The translations under genes were made by a program, and so were the position numbers. Source: Heterodontus francisci (taxonomy: Eukaryota). From it: 64,000 nucleotides of DNA. Positions 21,077 to 35,899 of this stretch are shown piece by piece. The notes below the pieces were generated by a model. The model worked only from the letters and a program-made list of their open reading frames with translations, searched no databases and was not told the origin of the DNA. Within the stretch, counting starts at the first letter, position 1; every line of letters starts with the position of its first letter. The stretch spans positions 26,173,461-26,237,460 of the forward strand of contig NC_090403.1 of assembly GCF_036365525.1 (NCBI RefSeq). The letters are read 5' to 3'.

Positions 21077-23109
21077 GAACATAGGAACATAGGAGCAGGA
21101 GTAGGCCAAACAGCCCATCGAGCCTGCCCCGCCATTCAATATGATCATGGCTGATCATCCACTTCAATGCCTTTTTCCCACACTATCCTCACATCCCCTT
21201 GTATTGTCATTTGTATTTAGAAATCTGCCAATCTACACTTTAAACATACTCAATGACTGAGCTTCCACAGCCCTCTGGGGGAGAGAATTTCAAAGATTCA
21301 CAACCCTCTGAGTAAAGAAATTTCTCCTCATCTCTATCCTAAGTGGCTTCCCCCTTATTTTGAAATTGTGCCCCTGGTTCCAGACTCCCCAACCAGTGGA
21401 AACATTTTACCCGCATCTACCCTGTCTATCCCTTTAAGTCTTTTGTAGGTTTCAATGAGATCACCTCTCATTCTTTGAAACTCTAGAGAATACAGGCCTA
21501 GTTTCCCCAATCTCTCTTCATAGGACAGTCCTGCCATCCTGGGAACAGGTCTGGTGAACCTTCGGTGCACTCCCTTCATGGCAATAATATCCTTTCTAAA
21601 GTAAGCGGACCAAAATTGCACACAGTACTCCAAGTGCGATCTAACCAAGGTTCTCGACAATTGAAGCAAGACTTCACTAGTCCTGTATTCAAATCCTCTT
21701 GCGATAAAGGTCAACATATCATTGGCCTTCCTACTTGCTTGCTGTACCTGCATGTTAGCTTTCAGTGACTTGTTGACAAGGACACCTTTGTACATCTACA
21801 CTTTCTAATTTCTTACAATTTAAGAAATACTCTGCACATCTATTCCTCCTACCAAAGTGGATAACCTCACAGTTTCCCACATTATATTCCATTTGCCTCA
21901 TTCCTGCCCACTGACTAAGTCTGTCCAAATCCCCTTGAAGCTGCTTTGCATCTTCCTCACAACACACATTCCCACCTAGTTTTGTGTCATCCGCAAACTT
22001 GGAAATACTACATTTGGTCCCCACATCCAAATCATTGATACATATTGTGAACAGCTGATGCCCAAGCACTGATCCCTGCAGTATCCCACAAGTCACAGTC
22101 TGCCAATGTGAGAATGGCCCATTTATTCCTACTCTCTGCTTTCTGCCTTTTAACTAATCTTTAATCCATGCCAGTATATTATTTCTTATCCCATGTGCTT
22201 TAATTTTGCTAACCAACCTCCTGTGGGGGACTTTATCAAAAGCCTTCTGAAAATCCAAGTATACTACGTCCACCAACTCCCCTTTATCAATTCTGTTAGC
22301 ATCATCCTCAAAAAACTCCAAAAGATTCACCAAACATGATTTCCCATTCATAAACCCATGTTGATTTTGCCCAACATTATTACCCAAGTGTCCATTTATC
22401 ACATCCTTTCGAACAGATTCTCGCATTTTCTCAATGACTGATGTAAGGCTAACAGGTCTGTAATTCCCTGTTTTCTCTCTCCCTCCCTTCTTAAATAGTG
22501 GGGTGACATTTGTGACTTTCCAATCTGCAGGAACCACTCCAGAATCTATTGAATTTTGGAAGATGATCACCAATGCATCCACTATCTCCATAGCTACCTC
22601 TTACAACACTCTGGGATGTCAAATATCAGGTCCTGGGACTTATCAACCATCAGCCCCATTAATTTTTCCAATAGAATATTCTTACTAATACTAATTTCCT
22701 CCAATTCCTCATTCCCTCTAATCCCTTGTGTCTCTAATTCTGGAAGAGCTCTTGTATCTTCCTCCTTGAAGACAGACACAAAGTAATCATTTAGCTTCTC
22801 TGTTATTTCTTTATTCCCCATTATAAATTCTCCTGACTCTGTCTTAGCCAAACGTTTCCTTTTTATGTACCTGTAGAAGCTTTTACAGTCCCTTTTTATA
22901 TTTTTTGCTAGCTTACATTCATATTCTATTCTCCCTTTCTTTATAAGTTCTTTTGTCCTCCTTTTCTGTATTCTAAAATACTCCCAATCCTCAGGTTTAC
23001 TACTGTTTCTGGCAACTTAATAAATAGGCCTTTTCTTTTAATTTTATACAATCCTTAACAAACTTTGTTATCCATGGTTGACTGCCATTACTTTTGGGGG
23101 TTCTGTGCC
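21077..23109 (-). mobile_element. CR1 LINE (RT domain), duplicate of 12473-14505
   Basis: Same RT ORF fragments at 21355-22851. Confidence 0.95.
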
Positions 23110-26100
23110 TTACCATCTCTGAATCTCCCATCCTCAAAATCCAGGATGTTACCATTGCCCGGAAGCTTGACTGTATCAGCCATAGAAATACTGTGGCTAT
23201 GAGAGTAGGCCAGAGGCTGGGCATTCTCTGGAGACTAACTCACCTTTTAACTCCCTGAAGCTTATCCACCATCTACAGGGCACAAGTTAGACGTGTGATA
23301 GAATATTCTCCACTGGCCAGGATGAGTGCGGCTCCAGCAATGCTCAAGAAGCTTGGCATCATCTAAGAGAATGCACACCGCTTGAACGGTACCCCATCCA
23401 TCACATTAAGCATTCACCCCCTCTACTATCAGTACACAGTGGCAGCAGTGTGTACCATCTACAAGATGCACTGCAACAACTCACCCAGGCTCCTTCCATG
23501 GCATTTTCCAAACTCACAACTCTACCACCTTGAAGAGCAACGGCAGCAGACAGATGGAAACAGCACCACCTGCAAGCTACCCTCCAAGTCACACACCATC
23601 TGAATTGGAACTGTATTAGCATTCCTTCATTGTTGCTAGGTCAAAATCTTGGAACTTCCTCACTAAGCACTGTGTGCATAGATTGCAGCAGTTCAGAAAG
23701 TCAGCTCACCACCACCTTCTCAAGGACAATTAGGAATGGTGAATAAATACTGCCCTTGTCAGCTATACTCACACCCCAGGAATGAATAAAAATATTATTC
23801 CATTCCAAGCAGAACAGTGACATTCCTGGCAGATTTCCAAGCAGAGACATATATGGGTCTGTGCCTCTTTAATTCAATTTCTATGAGGCAGGCTTGGAGG
23901 TCTGAATCAGAATGCAATCCATGTTCTTTTGTGCCCATAAACCACGTCCTGCTGCATTTTTGCGGTTTGCTCCAGAGGATCCTACTGTTGACCTTCTTGA
24001 AATGTTATCTGAGAATTGCGTTATCTGAGAACCAAGCACTGTTTCTTCCTCAGCTGATTGTCCTCCCAGTCTGCTGCAGATGTGCACAGGCTGAACTGTC
24101 CTCTTAAATACTGCAATCCCGTATGTATCCATGCACCGGAGTCATACCACTCACTCCTCAAACAGATATTCAAATAAGCTGATGCAGGAGACCCTCAGTA
24201 TCACCAGCCGGTGCATATCTATGTCTATTGGTGTAATAGTGATGCAGTTCATTGCATGCCTATTATTCGCCTTTCACCCCTAACTGTCTCTATCCTGGCA
24301 GCCATAAGTCCCACTCACCCATCACGTCCATCCTTGTTAACCTTAATGGATTCCTGGTTCCTAATGTATCATATTTAAAATTCTTGCCTCAAATTTGTAG
24401 TTTTGTGCACTGCCTTTCCTGTCACCTCATTACTGGTGATAGAAACTTCAGCCGTAGGCTCTTCCTCTTCACCTCAAGCCTCAAATTACTGTGGATCTCC
24501 ACCTTTCTCCTTCATTCATCAAGCTTTTGGTCATCCTCCTATTCTATACCCCTACGATCGGGCATTCATCCTTCGACATGTTTTATTCATTTGTAAGCTG
24601 TCATTGATATCTTAAATAAATCACAAAATGCAAGTTGGTGTGCTGTAACTGCCAGCTGACAACACTAAACTATTAGAAACTGGTTTATCTTGATGACACT
24701 GATTTGTTTTTGTGGGCAAAAAATACATGTTTGGGGAAAGTTTACATTGCCCAAATTCTTCACTTACTTGTATTTAATGGACAGAAATGGAACGGAATAC
24801 TTGAGCACAACCATTCTTGGACAGGTTTGGCATTTTCTTGTGGACTTGAGACACTGCACACACATGGCACATTTTGAGCAAGTTATTTTTGAAGCTTAAA
24901 AAGATGGTTTCTTAACAGTGAATAATATGTATTTGACAATATTCGGAGCCCTCTTAATTTGCCAAGCTGGCAGATTGATTGACTGCTCAGTTCACTTACT
25001 GTTCTTGATGTGTGGAAATTGTCTCCTGTTCTTTTTGATAAAGTAATCAGTTGGTTAATATGACTTGAAGTCAGATAGCTGGAATTGCAAGATCACGTCT
25101 CTCCAGACAAGTTAGATTCTATTATATCCTCTTTTTGAATGGTTTACAACTCTCTTCGAAATATTTCTCAATATCTCAACACTTCCAAGTTTGGAAGTGA
25201 CCTTTCTCAGCATTTCGTTGTGAGGAAAGAAAGAAAGAAAAGAATCATGAAAGACAACATCTATGGAACAAATTCTACAGGAGAACGGCTGGAGAGAGGA
25301 AAGGATCATTAATAAGGAGACCGAAGAGATATAGGTCACCGCTTGTGTGTCAATGTGATGCAAAAACTCTCAGATTCAGAAACACAGTAACATTGGCCTA
25401 TTAGGTAACGACATTGTAATATTATATACATTTACTTAAATTACATTTAGAACATAAGAAATATTACCAGGAGCAGTCCATTTAGTCCTTCGAGCCTGCT
25501 TTACAATTCAATACGATCGTGGTTGAACTACCTCTGATCTTCCCCTGTAATTCACATATCCTTTAGTTCCCTTAGTATCCAGAAATCTATGGATTTCTGT
25601 TTCGAATGGATTCAATGATTGAGCATCCACAGGCCTCTGGAGTAGAGAATTCCAAAGATCCACAATGTTTTGAGTGAAGAAATTCCTCCTCATCTCAGTA
25701 TTAAAAGCCTTATTCTGAGACTGTGACCTTAATTCTAGATTTCTCTGACAAGGGAAATATCCTCCCAGCATCTACGTTGCCAAGTCCCTTAAGAATTTTA
25801 TATGTTTCAATGAGGTCAGCTCTCATTCTTCTAAATTCCAGGGAGTACAGGCTCAGTGCACTCATTCTCTCCTCAGAGGACCATCCCCTCATCCCAATAA
25901 TGAGTCTTGTGAACTGTTGTTGCACACCCTCCAAAGCGAGTGTAAGGCTTCCTTAAGTAATGAGACCAAAACTAACATTTAAAACATCCACCCAAATACA
26001 TAGCACCTTAAACTGACAGCTGTTCCCGATGTAGAATGGTTCCGCATTTTAGGATCTTAAAATATATATTATAACATTTTATTCATTGGATTTGTAAGTC

Positions 26101-26213
26101 CCAGGACCTGAGGAACAACCGATGTGAAATCTAGAGAAACATCTGCCCGGTATTTAATACCGAAGAATATTTATTGTATCTTAATTTACGAGAGACAATT
26201 CTCTTTTTTAATT

Positions 26214-26359
26214 AAGCAGAAAGTGAAAGATTTCAAATTGAACTAATCACTTAGGAAAGAAGTTCAAAAGATTCCCTGAAAATGCACTGTGGTTAGAAGC
26301 AAAATCGATCCGTTTTTGTAACGTCAAAGGAATATCCTGGTCTCCACTTTAAAATGGGT
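26214..26359 (+). promoter_or_regulatory. IFN-B3 promoter
   Basis: GAAAGTGAAAG at 26219-26229 plus the same downstream motifs. Confidence 0.7.
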
Positions 26360-26499
26360 TAATCTCACCAAGAAGGAACATTCCTTTCAATCCAACAGTG
26401 AGGGACTTCAGCTCGTGTTGATATTGTTTTTGGAGCTGAACCCCGATCCAATTCATTACTGCGAATTCAGATCTCGGCTTTTCCCTGTGTTGGTTGAAC

Positions 26500-27970
26500 A
26501 TGATTTTTCCCAGTGTCTGGAGACTATGGATTTTGTTCGTCTTGTTGCCCGGGACCCTGAGCCAAGACTGTCAGAGACTCAAGTTACAACAAGATTTGAT
26601 CAAGAATGCTGAAAATATCCTGAGTAAAATGGTGAGTTTATATAGAGATTAGAGAAACCAATCTTAACCATTAGTTTCTTGGGATAATCTCCTGTCGTTG
26701 AACTGCTGAGACTGAATCCGTGCTATTACAAAAGGGCATGAACCAATGTGCAAGTCACATCGAAGCATTCAGATAACGAAGCAAATTTTGTATAAAAACG
26801 ACTGATTCAGTTAGATGGTCAATTAAATTTGTGAGAGGTAAAATCTTTAAACAAATGGCGGGATGGCAATGATAAACTGTAGTGGTTTTCAGAAAACATT
26901 TCTGAGAGTAACTACCGATGGTGAAGTATGTGTTTGGAGCCGGTTCTGACAGTCACTCTCTCCTGTTGTAGGGACGGTCTTTTCCATTCCGGTGTGCACC
27001 AGAAAGGCAATCGCTGAGAACCAAGCCCCTGAACCTGCATCAGCTCGTCAAGGGGTTAGAGGTGAGTGCGTACTTTGCACAACTGTCTGCTCATTCTGCT
27101 AATGTTGCCAGGAGCCATAACTATGCGGGAAATATATCCACCTCACCAACATAGAAATAAAATAAATAATGTATAGCAATTTATTCAATTTATAAAGAAT
27201 GAACATTTCCTGTGGGGACGGACGAACACTGCGGAATGGTTTAACGTCCTTCCAGCAACTTGCATCAAGATGTTATTCTGCTAAAATAAACGGTTTAACT
27301 AGCCCACAGTGGAATGTGGTGGGATCAAGTTCGTGTTAACCAATGTTGCTAACAGCAGTAAGCAGCTGTGGTTTTAAATTCGGAATCTTTGCATATTTGC
27401 ATCTATGGATATGAAAATATGAAATGTCTAAGTTGTTGTAATTGGCTGTGAGTTTTGCTCCATTCGCGCCGGTTAAAGGGGAACATGTTCCCTCTAATGT
27501 CATTATGTATGTATTTTGCACAGGCCCAGGACAAGATCCAAATTGTCCATCAAATTCTGCGTCACATCATCAAGATCTACAGCATGAACATGGCCTCAGT
27601 CACATGGCCCCGGGACATGGTGGAAAACTTTCGTCTTCACCTGGATCGGGAGCTCGGAGAGTTGGAAGAATGTGTCAGGAAACCGGGATCAGAGTCCAGG
27701 CTGAAGAGAAACGCTGCCATTCACCAATACTTCAGGAAACTGAGAAAGTTTCTCAAACAAAAGGTGGGACAATTGCTATTTGACTGTGTGATTTCTGACG
27801 TGTAGTTTATTTCACCCCATTTAAATCCGTTCATTTTCTCATGAATTTTCCTGAATATTTCTCCTTTTCAGAGATTCGGTGACTGTGCCTGGGAAATAAT
27901 CCGCGATGAGACCAGGGCCCGATTACAACAGATCCTTTCAATAACGGGACAAATTGGCAGAAAAAATTAA
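26500..27970 (+). CDS. IFN1: Type I interferon, subfamily B copy 3, 186 aa
   Basis: Exons 26500-26631, 26972-27061, 27524-27763, 27872-27970; protein identical to copy 2 (silent CAG>CAA near the end of exon 3). Confidence 0.95.
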
Positions 27971-29680
27971 AGATTTTCCATAGATATATTTAATCGAGAC
28001 TGGGAATAATCATATTTATTTAAAAATTGTTGAATATTATGCAAGTTTATGTTGTTCAATCTACCATGCAAACTGTGACAGAATAACATTTCTAATAAAT
28101 TTCTAATATTTAATTTATGATTTTAATATTTATATCTCGATGTACTGTGTAAACATATTTCAAATTGTAAGATATTTAGTGTATTCCAGAGGCGCTGAAA
28201 GATATATATTTAAGCCAGTTCTATATTCGAACAGACTTTGTATTGATTGGCATCGGATGTGTCCCAAATTGCAGCTCCTTAATAAATATTTTGTACTTTG
28301 ATATTTATGAAGTGGTCTTCTTTCCTAGATTGTTGCTCATGTCCTTTGTATATGTTTCTGCTGACCTTGTATACGATATTGAAATCATCACCACCACTCA
28401 TCTCTAACTAATATCTGATTGAGAATTGTCAGCCTTTTGACTTTATCTCTGTAGTTCAAGTGCACTGATTCGGGTCATTTTGAGTGCTCTTCCCAGTGAA
28501 GACTGTTCCGTGCATTCAAATAAATGGAACCATTTACCCGCAACTGGAGAACTGGCACATTTCCAGGAAATTAAATGGCATGATGGAGGTAACATTGCTC
28601 CTGTGAGTCCCTGTTGAGCTGCGCTATTCCCATTCTGATCCGAAATTTATTGAATTGTTGTTGGAATATATTGAGACCATTTACCAGTACTACATCTGTT
28701 TAAAAATAAAGTAGAAATTTTCTCTTCATTTTAATTTTTTTAATCCTTCATAGATCCCTTTTTACCAGTTTTCCTGCTTGAATGTGCAATCTGCGGCGTT
28801 TGTTTTCAGGAATCAGTCATAAACAACGTGTGAAGGAAAACAAACGTATATTGGTGACTCCGGAAATGAAGAGTTCCTTGCCATTCTATACAGACTTCAA
28901 AACTGGGAATTACATTGATAAATTTATTCTTTTTATGAATGGTATATTTTGGCTAAATTTTAGCATCGAGAAAAATGATCGAATTATTCACAACATCGAA
29001 TTCGACTGAATAGAAACAAAAACAAAAATGTTGCAGAGAAATGGTTGTAAATCAGAACAAGTAAAAATCAACAACTGCATCTAAAGATAGAACAATACAA
29101 TTAAAATCAGATTAAGCAGCAGTTACTGGCTCTTGTGTTTAGGCTCCCATTCATTACAGGCACTCTAACAAAATAGGCAATGACTGGGGCGGAGGCTGCC
29201 CAAAGCAGTCATCAGTGATCTTCTCCCACAATGTTTTTATCCAGTACCATTCACATCATACCACGCATTGACACTAATGTCAATGGGAAGAGATTAGAGC
29301 ACTAATGGTGAATTTGTGGACAGTCATTCAAGTGTCGAGGGTGGAACAGACTTTGAAGCTATTTAGCTTGAGACTATTTCTTCCAGTGCATCTCACCCAT
29401 CGAGCCTTGACTCCAGGATCAGGTCATGGTTACATTTAATGTTCCTGTCAAACAAAACACATTCGACAGCTATAATGTGAATGCACCTTTAAGGTGCAGT
29501 ATTGCTGCCACTTTTCCAGCGAGGCCAAGCCAGGTTTTAGTGTGCGTTGAGGTAAAAGTGGCAGTATAATTCAGATTACAGAGTGCATTCATATTATGTG
29601 GGTTGGAATCCCCTCTGGAGATTTCTCACAGGTCTTTGATTTGGCACCCATTCAACTCCAGCCTCAGGATACAGAGTTGG

Positions 29681-32600
29681 GAACATAGGAACATAGGAGC
29701 AGGAGTCGGCCAAACAGCCCATCGAGTCTGCCCCGCCATTCAATCTGATCATGGCTGATCATCCACTTCAATGCCTTTTTCCCACACTATCCTCACATCC
29801 CCTTGTTTTGTCATTTGTATTTAGAAATCTGCCAATCTACACTTTAAACATACTCAATGGCTGAGCTTCCACAGCCCTCTGGGGTAGAGAATTCCAAAGA
29901 TTCACAACCCTCTGAGTAAAGAAATTTCTCCTCATCTCTATCCTAAGTGGCTTCCCCCTTATTTTGAAATTGTGCCCCTAGTTCCTGACTCCCCAACCAG
30001 GGGAAACATTTTACCCGCATCTACTCTGTCTATCCCTTTAAGTCTTTTGTAGGTTTCAATGAGATCACCTCTCATTCTTTGAAACTCTAGAGAATACAGG
30101 CCTAGTTTCCCCAATCTCTCTTCATAGGACAGTCCTGCCATCCTGGGAACAGGTCTGTGAACCTTTGTTGCACTCCCTTCATGGCAATAATATCCTTTCT
30201 ATAGTAAGGGGACCAAAATTGCACACAGTATTCCAAGTGCGGTCTAACCAAGGTTCTCTACAATTGAAGCAAGACTTCACTAGTCCTGTATTCAAATCCT
30301 CTTGCGATAAAGGTCAACATACCATTGGCCTTCCTAATTGCTTGCTGTACCTGCATGTTAGCTTTCAGTGACTTATTGACAAAGACACCTTTGTACATCT
30401 ACACTTTCTAATTTCTTACAATTTAACAAATACTCTGCACATCTATTCCTCCTACCAAAGTGGAAAACCTCACATTTTCCCACATTATATTCCATTTGCC
30501 ACATTCCTGCCCACTGACTAAGTCTGTCCAAATCCCCTTGAAGCTGCTTTGCATCTTCCTCACAACACACATTCCCACCTAGTTTTGTGTCATCCGCAAA
30601 CTTGGAAATACCACATTTGGTCCCCACATCCAAATAACTGATACATATTGTGAACAGCTGGTGCCCAAGCACTGATCCCTGCAGTATCCCACAAGTCACA
30701 GCCTGCCAATGCGAGAAAGGCCTGTTTATTCCTACTCTCTGCTTTCTGCCTTTTAACTAATCTTCAATCCATGCCAGTATATTACTTCTTATCCCATGTG
30801 CTTTAATTTTGCTAACCAACCTCCTGTGGGGGACTTTATCAAAAGCCTTCTGAAAATCCAAGTATACTATGTCCACCAACTCCCCTTTATCAATTCTGTT
30901 AGCATCATGCTCAAAAAACTCCAAATGATTCACCAAACATGATTTCCCATTCATAAATCCATGTTGATTATGCCCAACATTATTACCCAAGTGTCCATTT
31001 ATCACATCCTTTCGAACAGATTCTCGCATTTTCTCAATGACTGATGTAAGGCTAACAGGTCTGTAATTCCCTGTTTTCTCTCTCCCTCCCTTCTTAAATA
31101 GTGGGGTGACATTTGTGACTTTCCAATCTGCAGGAACCACTCCAGAATCTATTGAATTTTGGAAGATGATCACCAATGCATCAATTCCTCATTCCCCCTA
31201 ATCCCTTGCGTCTCTAATTCTGGAAGAACTCTTGTATCTTCCTCCTTGAAGACAGATACAAAGTAATCATTTAGCTCCTCTGTCATTTCTTTATTTCCCA
31301 TTATAAATTCTCCTGACTGACTGTAATCGACCCACATTTGTCTTAGCCAAACGTTTCCTTTTTATGTACCTGTAGAAGCTTTTACAGTCCCTATTTATAT
31401 TTTTTGCTAGCTTACATTCATATTCTATTCTCCCTTTCTTTATCAGTTCCTTTGTCCTCATTTTCTGTATTCTAAAATCCTCCCAATCCTCAGGTTTACT
31501 ACTGTTTCTGGCAACTTAATAGGCCTTTTCTTTTAATTTTATACAATCCTTAACTTACTTTGTTATCCATGGGTGACTGCCATTACCTTTGGGGGTTTTG
31601 TACTTTGAAGAAATGTATAGTTGCTGTAAACTATGCAGTATTTCTTTAAAGACTATCCATTGCCTTTGTAGTGCCATACCTTTCAATGTATTTTTCCAAT
31701 CCACCTCAGCATATTTGCCCCTCATACCTTCACAATTTCCTTTGTTCAAATTTAAGACCTGGCTTCAGATTGAACCACCTCACTTTCAAACATAATGTAA
31801 AATTCTATCATGTTATGGTCACTCATCCCCAAAGGTTCTTTTACAACAAGATTATTAATTAGCCCTTTCTCATTACATAAAACTAGATCCAAAATAGCCT
31901 TCTGATGAAAGACCACTGACCTGCAATGTTAACTTTGCTTCCTTCTCCACAGGTGCTGCCAGACCTGCTGTATTTCCAGCATTTCTTGTTTTTATTTTAG
32001 ATTCCAGCATCTGCACTATTTTGCTTTTATCTATAATAGCCTGTTATCTTGCCGGTTCCTCAACATATTGCTCCAGAAAACCATCCCTAACACACTCCAG
32101 AAACTTGCCCTCCACAGCATTAGTGCTCATTAGGTTTATCCAGTCTATATGCAGATTGAAGTCACCCATGATTACTGTATTACCCATGCCACATACTTCT
32201 CTAATCTTCTGATTAATACCATGCCCCACACTACCACTAGTTTTTGGGGCCTATGAACAACTCCTACCAATTTTTGCTGCCCCTTACAATTTCTTAGCTC
32301 CACCCAAACAGATTCCACATTTTGTTCTTCCACTCTGAGATCCTCCCTTACTAATGAACTGATCCCATTCCTTATTATCAGCACAACACCACCTCTTTTT
32401 CCTTTTTGCCTGTCCTTCCTAAATGTAAAATATCCTTGAATATTCAGTTCCCTGTCTTAGTCACCCTGTAGCCATGCTTCCGTTATGGCAATTAGATCAT
32501 ACACATTTACCTCTATTTGGGCCTTTAAATCCTCTACCTTGTTGTGAATGCTGCATGCATTCAGGTAGAGTGCCCTTAACCTTGTCTTCTTGACATTATT

Positions 32601-33230
32601 CTGCATTCTAAGCCTAGTTGATGCTCCCTTTTGTTTTGCCTGCCTTCTCATGTCACTTGCTACTTTTCTACCTCCTGTTACCAGCTTTACAGCCTTCCAA
32701 TTTGAGCTACCCCTCAGGTTCCCATCCCCCTGACAAGGTAGTTTAAACCCTCCCCAACATAACTCACAAATCTCCCTGTGAGGATATTATTTCCTGGCCT
32801 GTTAAGTTGTAGCCCATCCATCTTGTACAGGTCCCACCTGCACCAGAACCAGTCCCAATGCCTCAGAAATCTGATGACCTCTCTCCTACACCAATTCTCC
32901 AACCACATGTTCAATCAATCAATCCTTCTATTCCTATGCTCACTAGCACGTGGCACTGGGAATAATCCTGAGATTACTGTTTTGGCGGGCCTGCTTTTTA
33001 ATTTCCTTCCTAACTCCCTAAAGTCTTCTTTCAGGACCTCATCCCACTCCCTACCTGTATCATTGGTACTAAGGTGGACCACAACCTCTGGTTATTCACC
33101 CTCCTCCAGAAGGATGTCCTGCAGACGCTCCCTGACATCCTTGACCCTGGCACCAGGGAGGAAACACACCATCCTGGAGTCACATTTACGGCTACAGAAA
33201 TGCCTGTCTGATCCCCTGACTATCGTTCTG
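29681..33230 (-). mobile_element. Long decayed CR1 LINE with ORF2 (APE endonuclease + RT) and part of ORF1 (SGNH esterase-like)
   Basis: RT motifs; endonuclease LYLNACSIHNK..DLIAITEAWL and VIMGDFN; ORF1 VCFLPGARVKDVRERL and WDLYKMDGLQLN. Confidence 0.93.
31900..32030 (+). mobile_element. Penelope-like 3' repeat fragment nested in CR1 (related copies ~37350-37450, 57830-57910, 58197-58325, 60674-60808)
   Basis: Recurring motif gatgctgccagacctgctgagtatttccagcatttcttgtttttatttcagatttccagcatctgcag; the family assignment is from recognition only. Confidence 0.55.
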
Positions 33231-35054
33231 ATCCCATGACAGGTGGGGAATAGTGTGGGTGACCTCCACTTTTCACCTCGCAATTGACCAAAGATAGTTT
33301 TTTAAAAAATAGTGTTTTTGTCCCTGAGTGTTTTAAGGGTCAAATAAACAATCAAACAATAGTTTTCTTTTAGAAGAAAGTTATCTATTTATTAAAACAA
33401 TACCCGAAAATATTCACAACCACACCCACTCACACATTCACACACATGCACGCACACACAAGAAAAGATAAACAATACAGGGTTGCATGCAATTAGAGTC
33501 CAATTGTTGTAAAGAGAATTCACTTTGAAACCTTCTTGGTTTTCTGGGAGGAATTTTTAACAACGTTGCAGGCCCGAATGTTCCTTGTCATGGAATTGAT
33601 GAAGTGTCATAGATTCCTTTGGTTAAAACTAAGTCCAAAATTGATGGTGGAAATCCTGGTTCAAATTCCCAGATGTGGAGTTTTCAAGATCACCTTGCAA
33701 TCTCTCTGCCACAGTAGTTTAAAGACAGTGCTGGCAGAGTTTGTTGCTTAGCTGGATCAATCTCACAGCCTCTCTGCTGGAATGGCTTTCTGTCTCACCC
33801 CCTCTCAGAGAAGTTATTTATTTTAATGTGAAAACTTATCAGGTTATGGTTTCAGTCAGGTGACTCAGATGCTGTCTTCTGGGGTGTTGATACGGTGTCC
33901 CAGGATGTGGGGACCATTGTTACATAATGGTGTCTGAATGTGGTCCATTTTGATAAATAGGTGTTATTTCACACTTATTCCCTTGGCCTTGGCTTCGGAG
34001 TCAGTCTGTCTGCAATGTCCATTTTCTTGGAGCTTCGTTCAACAGTTTACTTTTATTTCATAATTCCTGCAGTTCATTTCATATTTTGTTAATGTTCTTT
34101 CCATGAATGTGACGAGGGATAGTTTTTCAATGAGACCATTTCCTGTAGGAGCTACTGTTGTGCCTAATATACACTTACTCTTAAAGAATCCACAGAACCC
34201 GACTGGTAAGGCATGAGGTGATCAGTCTCGGACTTGCGGCTGCTCTTCTGTTCTCTGAGCCCTTGGCTCAGGGGTATCTTCTCGAGCGTTCTTCCCCAGG
34301 GTTCTCCCACCTTCCCTAGTTTCAGTCAGGGGTTAAATTTTGTTTCCAAGACCCTCCCCTCTTACTTACTCATAAGAGCCTGGTATAATGACATAATGAT
34401 AATTCCTTATTTGGCTCAGTGAGAACCTGTTCAACATTTTACAGTTTCCCATTGTCTACTATGAGTCCAATCATATCTGGTGTCCATAGCGACACCTTTA
34501 TCTGGTACATGCAAGGACAGTCTCTGGGATCGTCAATATGTCTCTCCTATACTGTCTACAATTCCTTGGCCATCTGTGTGCTGTGACCCCTTTCTATCCA
34601 GCCCTCCCTATGCTTTAACACACGGTTCATTGTTGCGTGACTAGCCCCTTTGTTTCAACTAAGTTCTTATGTGTTTTTACTGGGTCTACCCTACTACTAC
34701 ACAAATATCTGAAATAATAAGATAATATTATGAGTAACTTTTGGCTACCAGAACAAAAATAAAAGGATTTAGGCCAATTTACAGTAACAAATATTCAGAG
34801 AAGCTGAGGTGGGATATTCGTTAGGGATAGGATAGAGTCCAAATTGGATAGAATGGATTCAGACAGAAGTGCAACTATAGAGAAATTCAACAATAGCATT
34901 CATTTCAAACATAGAGCAATTTAATGGCAAATATTCAGAGTCTAAGGGATCTTGGTTAGCTTGTGGCGACTCCACAACTTCTAACTCTGATGAGAAATGT
35001 CAACTGTCTGGGACCCTCTACTCTACACTGACTGACAATCCAATGCAATACAGA

Positions 35055-35385
35055 TTGAGTACTGCACTGTTGGAAGGGCTATCTTTTAGATGAGATGTTA
35101 AGCCAAGGCCACATCTACCCAGGTGGACATAAAAGATTCCGTGGCACTATTCAGATGAAGAGCAGAGCAGTTCTCTCAGGTGCCCTGGCCAATATTTATC
35201 CCTCAACCAACATCACATAAACTAATTATCTGGTCATCATTATCCAAACCTCACTGTGTGAAAATTGGCGGATGCATTTCCTACATTACAACAGTGGCTA
35301 CATTTCAAAAGTACTTCATTGGTTGTAAAGCACTTTGGGACATCCTGATATTATGAAAGGCGCTACAGAAATGCAAGTTCTTTCT
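35055..35385 (+). mobile_element. Deu-domain SINE (SacSINE/AmnSINE-like)
   Basis: gagatgttaagccaaggcc...taaaagattccgtggcacta...cctggccaatatttatccctcaacc...acttcattgg..gtaaagcactttggg; related copies at ~45790-46025 and 54805-55600. Confidence 0.7.
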
Positions 35386-35899
35386 TTCTGTGTCAACTGG
35401 CAGGCTCTGGGATCTTCAGTCTGCAGTATACAATACAGTACAGCACAACAGTTAGCAGAGAAAATTGGACTGGTGTTCCATCACATCATAATGGATAAAA
35501 TTAGCCCAATGACAATGCATTTCAAGTATACAAGGAGCAAGACTTTGTTGAAGGACCAGGACCTAGCTGAAAACATTGTACAGTGCTCCTTTCCAAACTT
35601 ATAGGTAGTATGCAACAAAGGAGGGAGGTTGGAATGAAAGCACACATGTTCTTATTATCTCTGACAGTAGATGCAAAAAAGGTACAAATCAGTATGGCAG
35701 AATCCTAAAATGAGCCCAATGCATCAAGACAAGAAAATGACAACAATTGAAGACAAACCAAAGAACTGGGAAACTCCAGCAGGTGACACAAGAAGCCATT
35801 GCATCAAAAATAAAATAGAACCTACCAGATTCTGAAGGCTCATCAATGCTCTGAAAAGAAGAGGGAAATGCTGTCAGGAGGAGGAGGATGGGAGAAGAT

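Larger units (their letters stand above)
14506..23109 (+). repeat. Tandem segmental duplication unit 2
   Basis: Near-identical to units 1 and 3; identical junction sequences at 14505/6 and 23109/10. Confidence 0.95.
23110..31603 (+). repeat. Tandem segmental duplication unit 3
   Basis: Homology with units 1 and 2 ends at ~31603, where the CR1 continues uninterrupted. Confidence 0.93.

Noticed and set aside
33237-34700. Possible LTR/ERV segment truncating the CR1
   Set aside because: No termini, TSD or protein motif could be established by eye.
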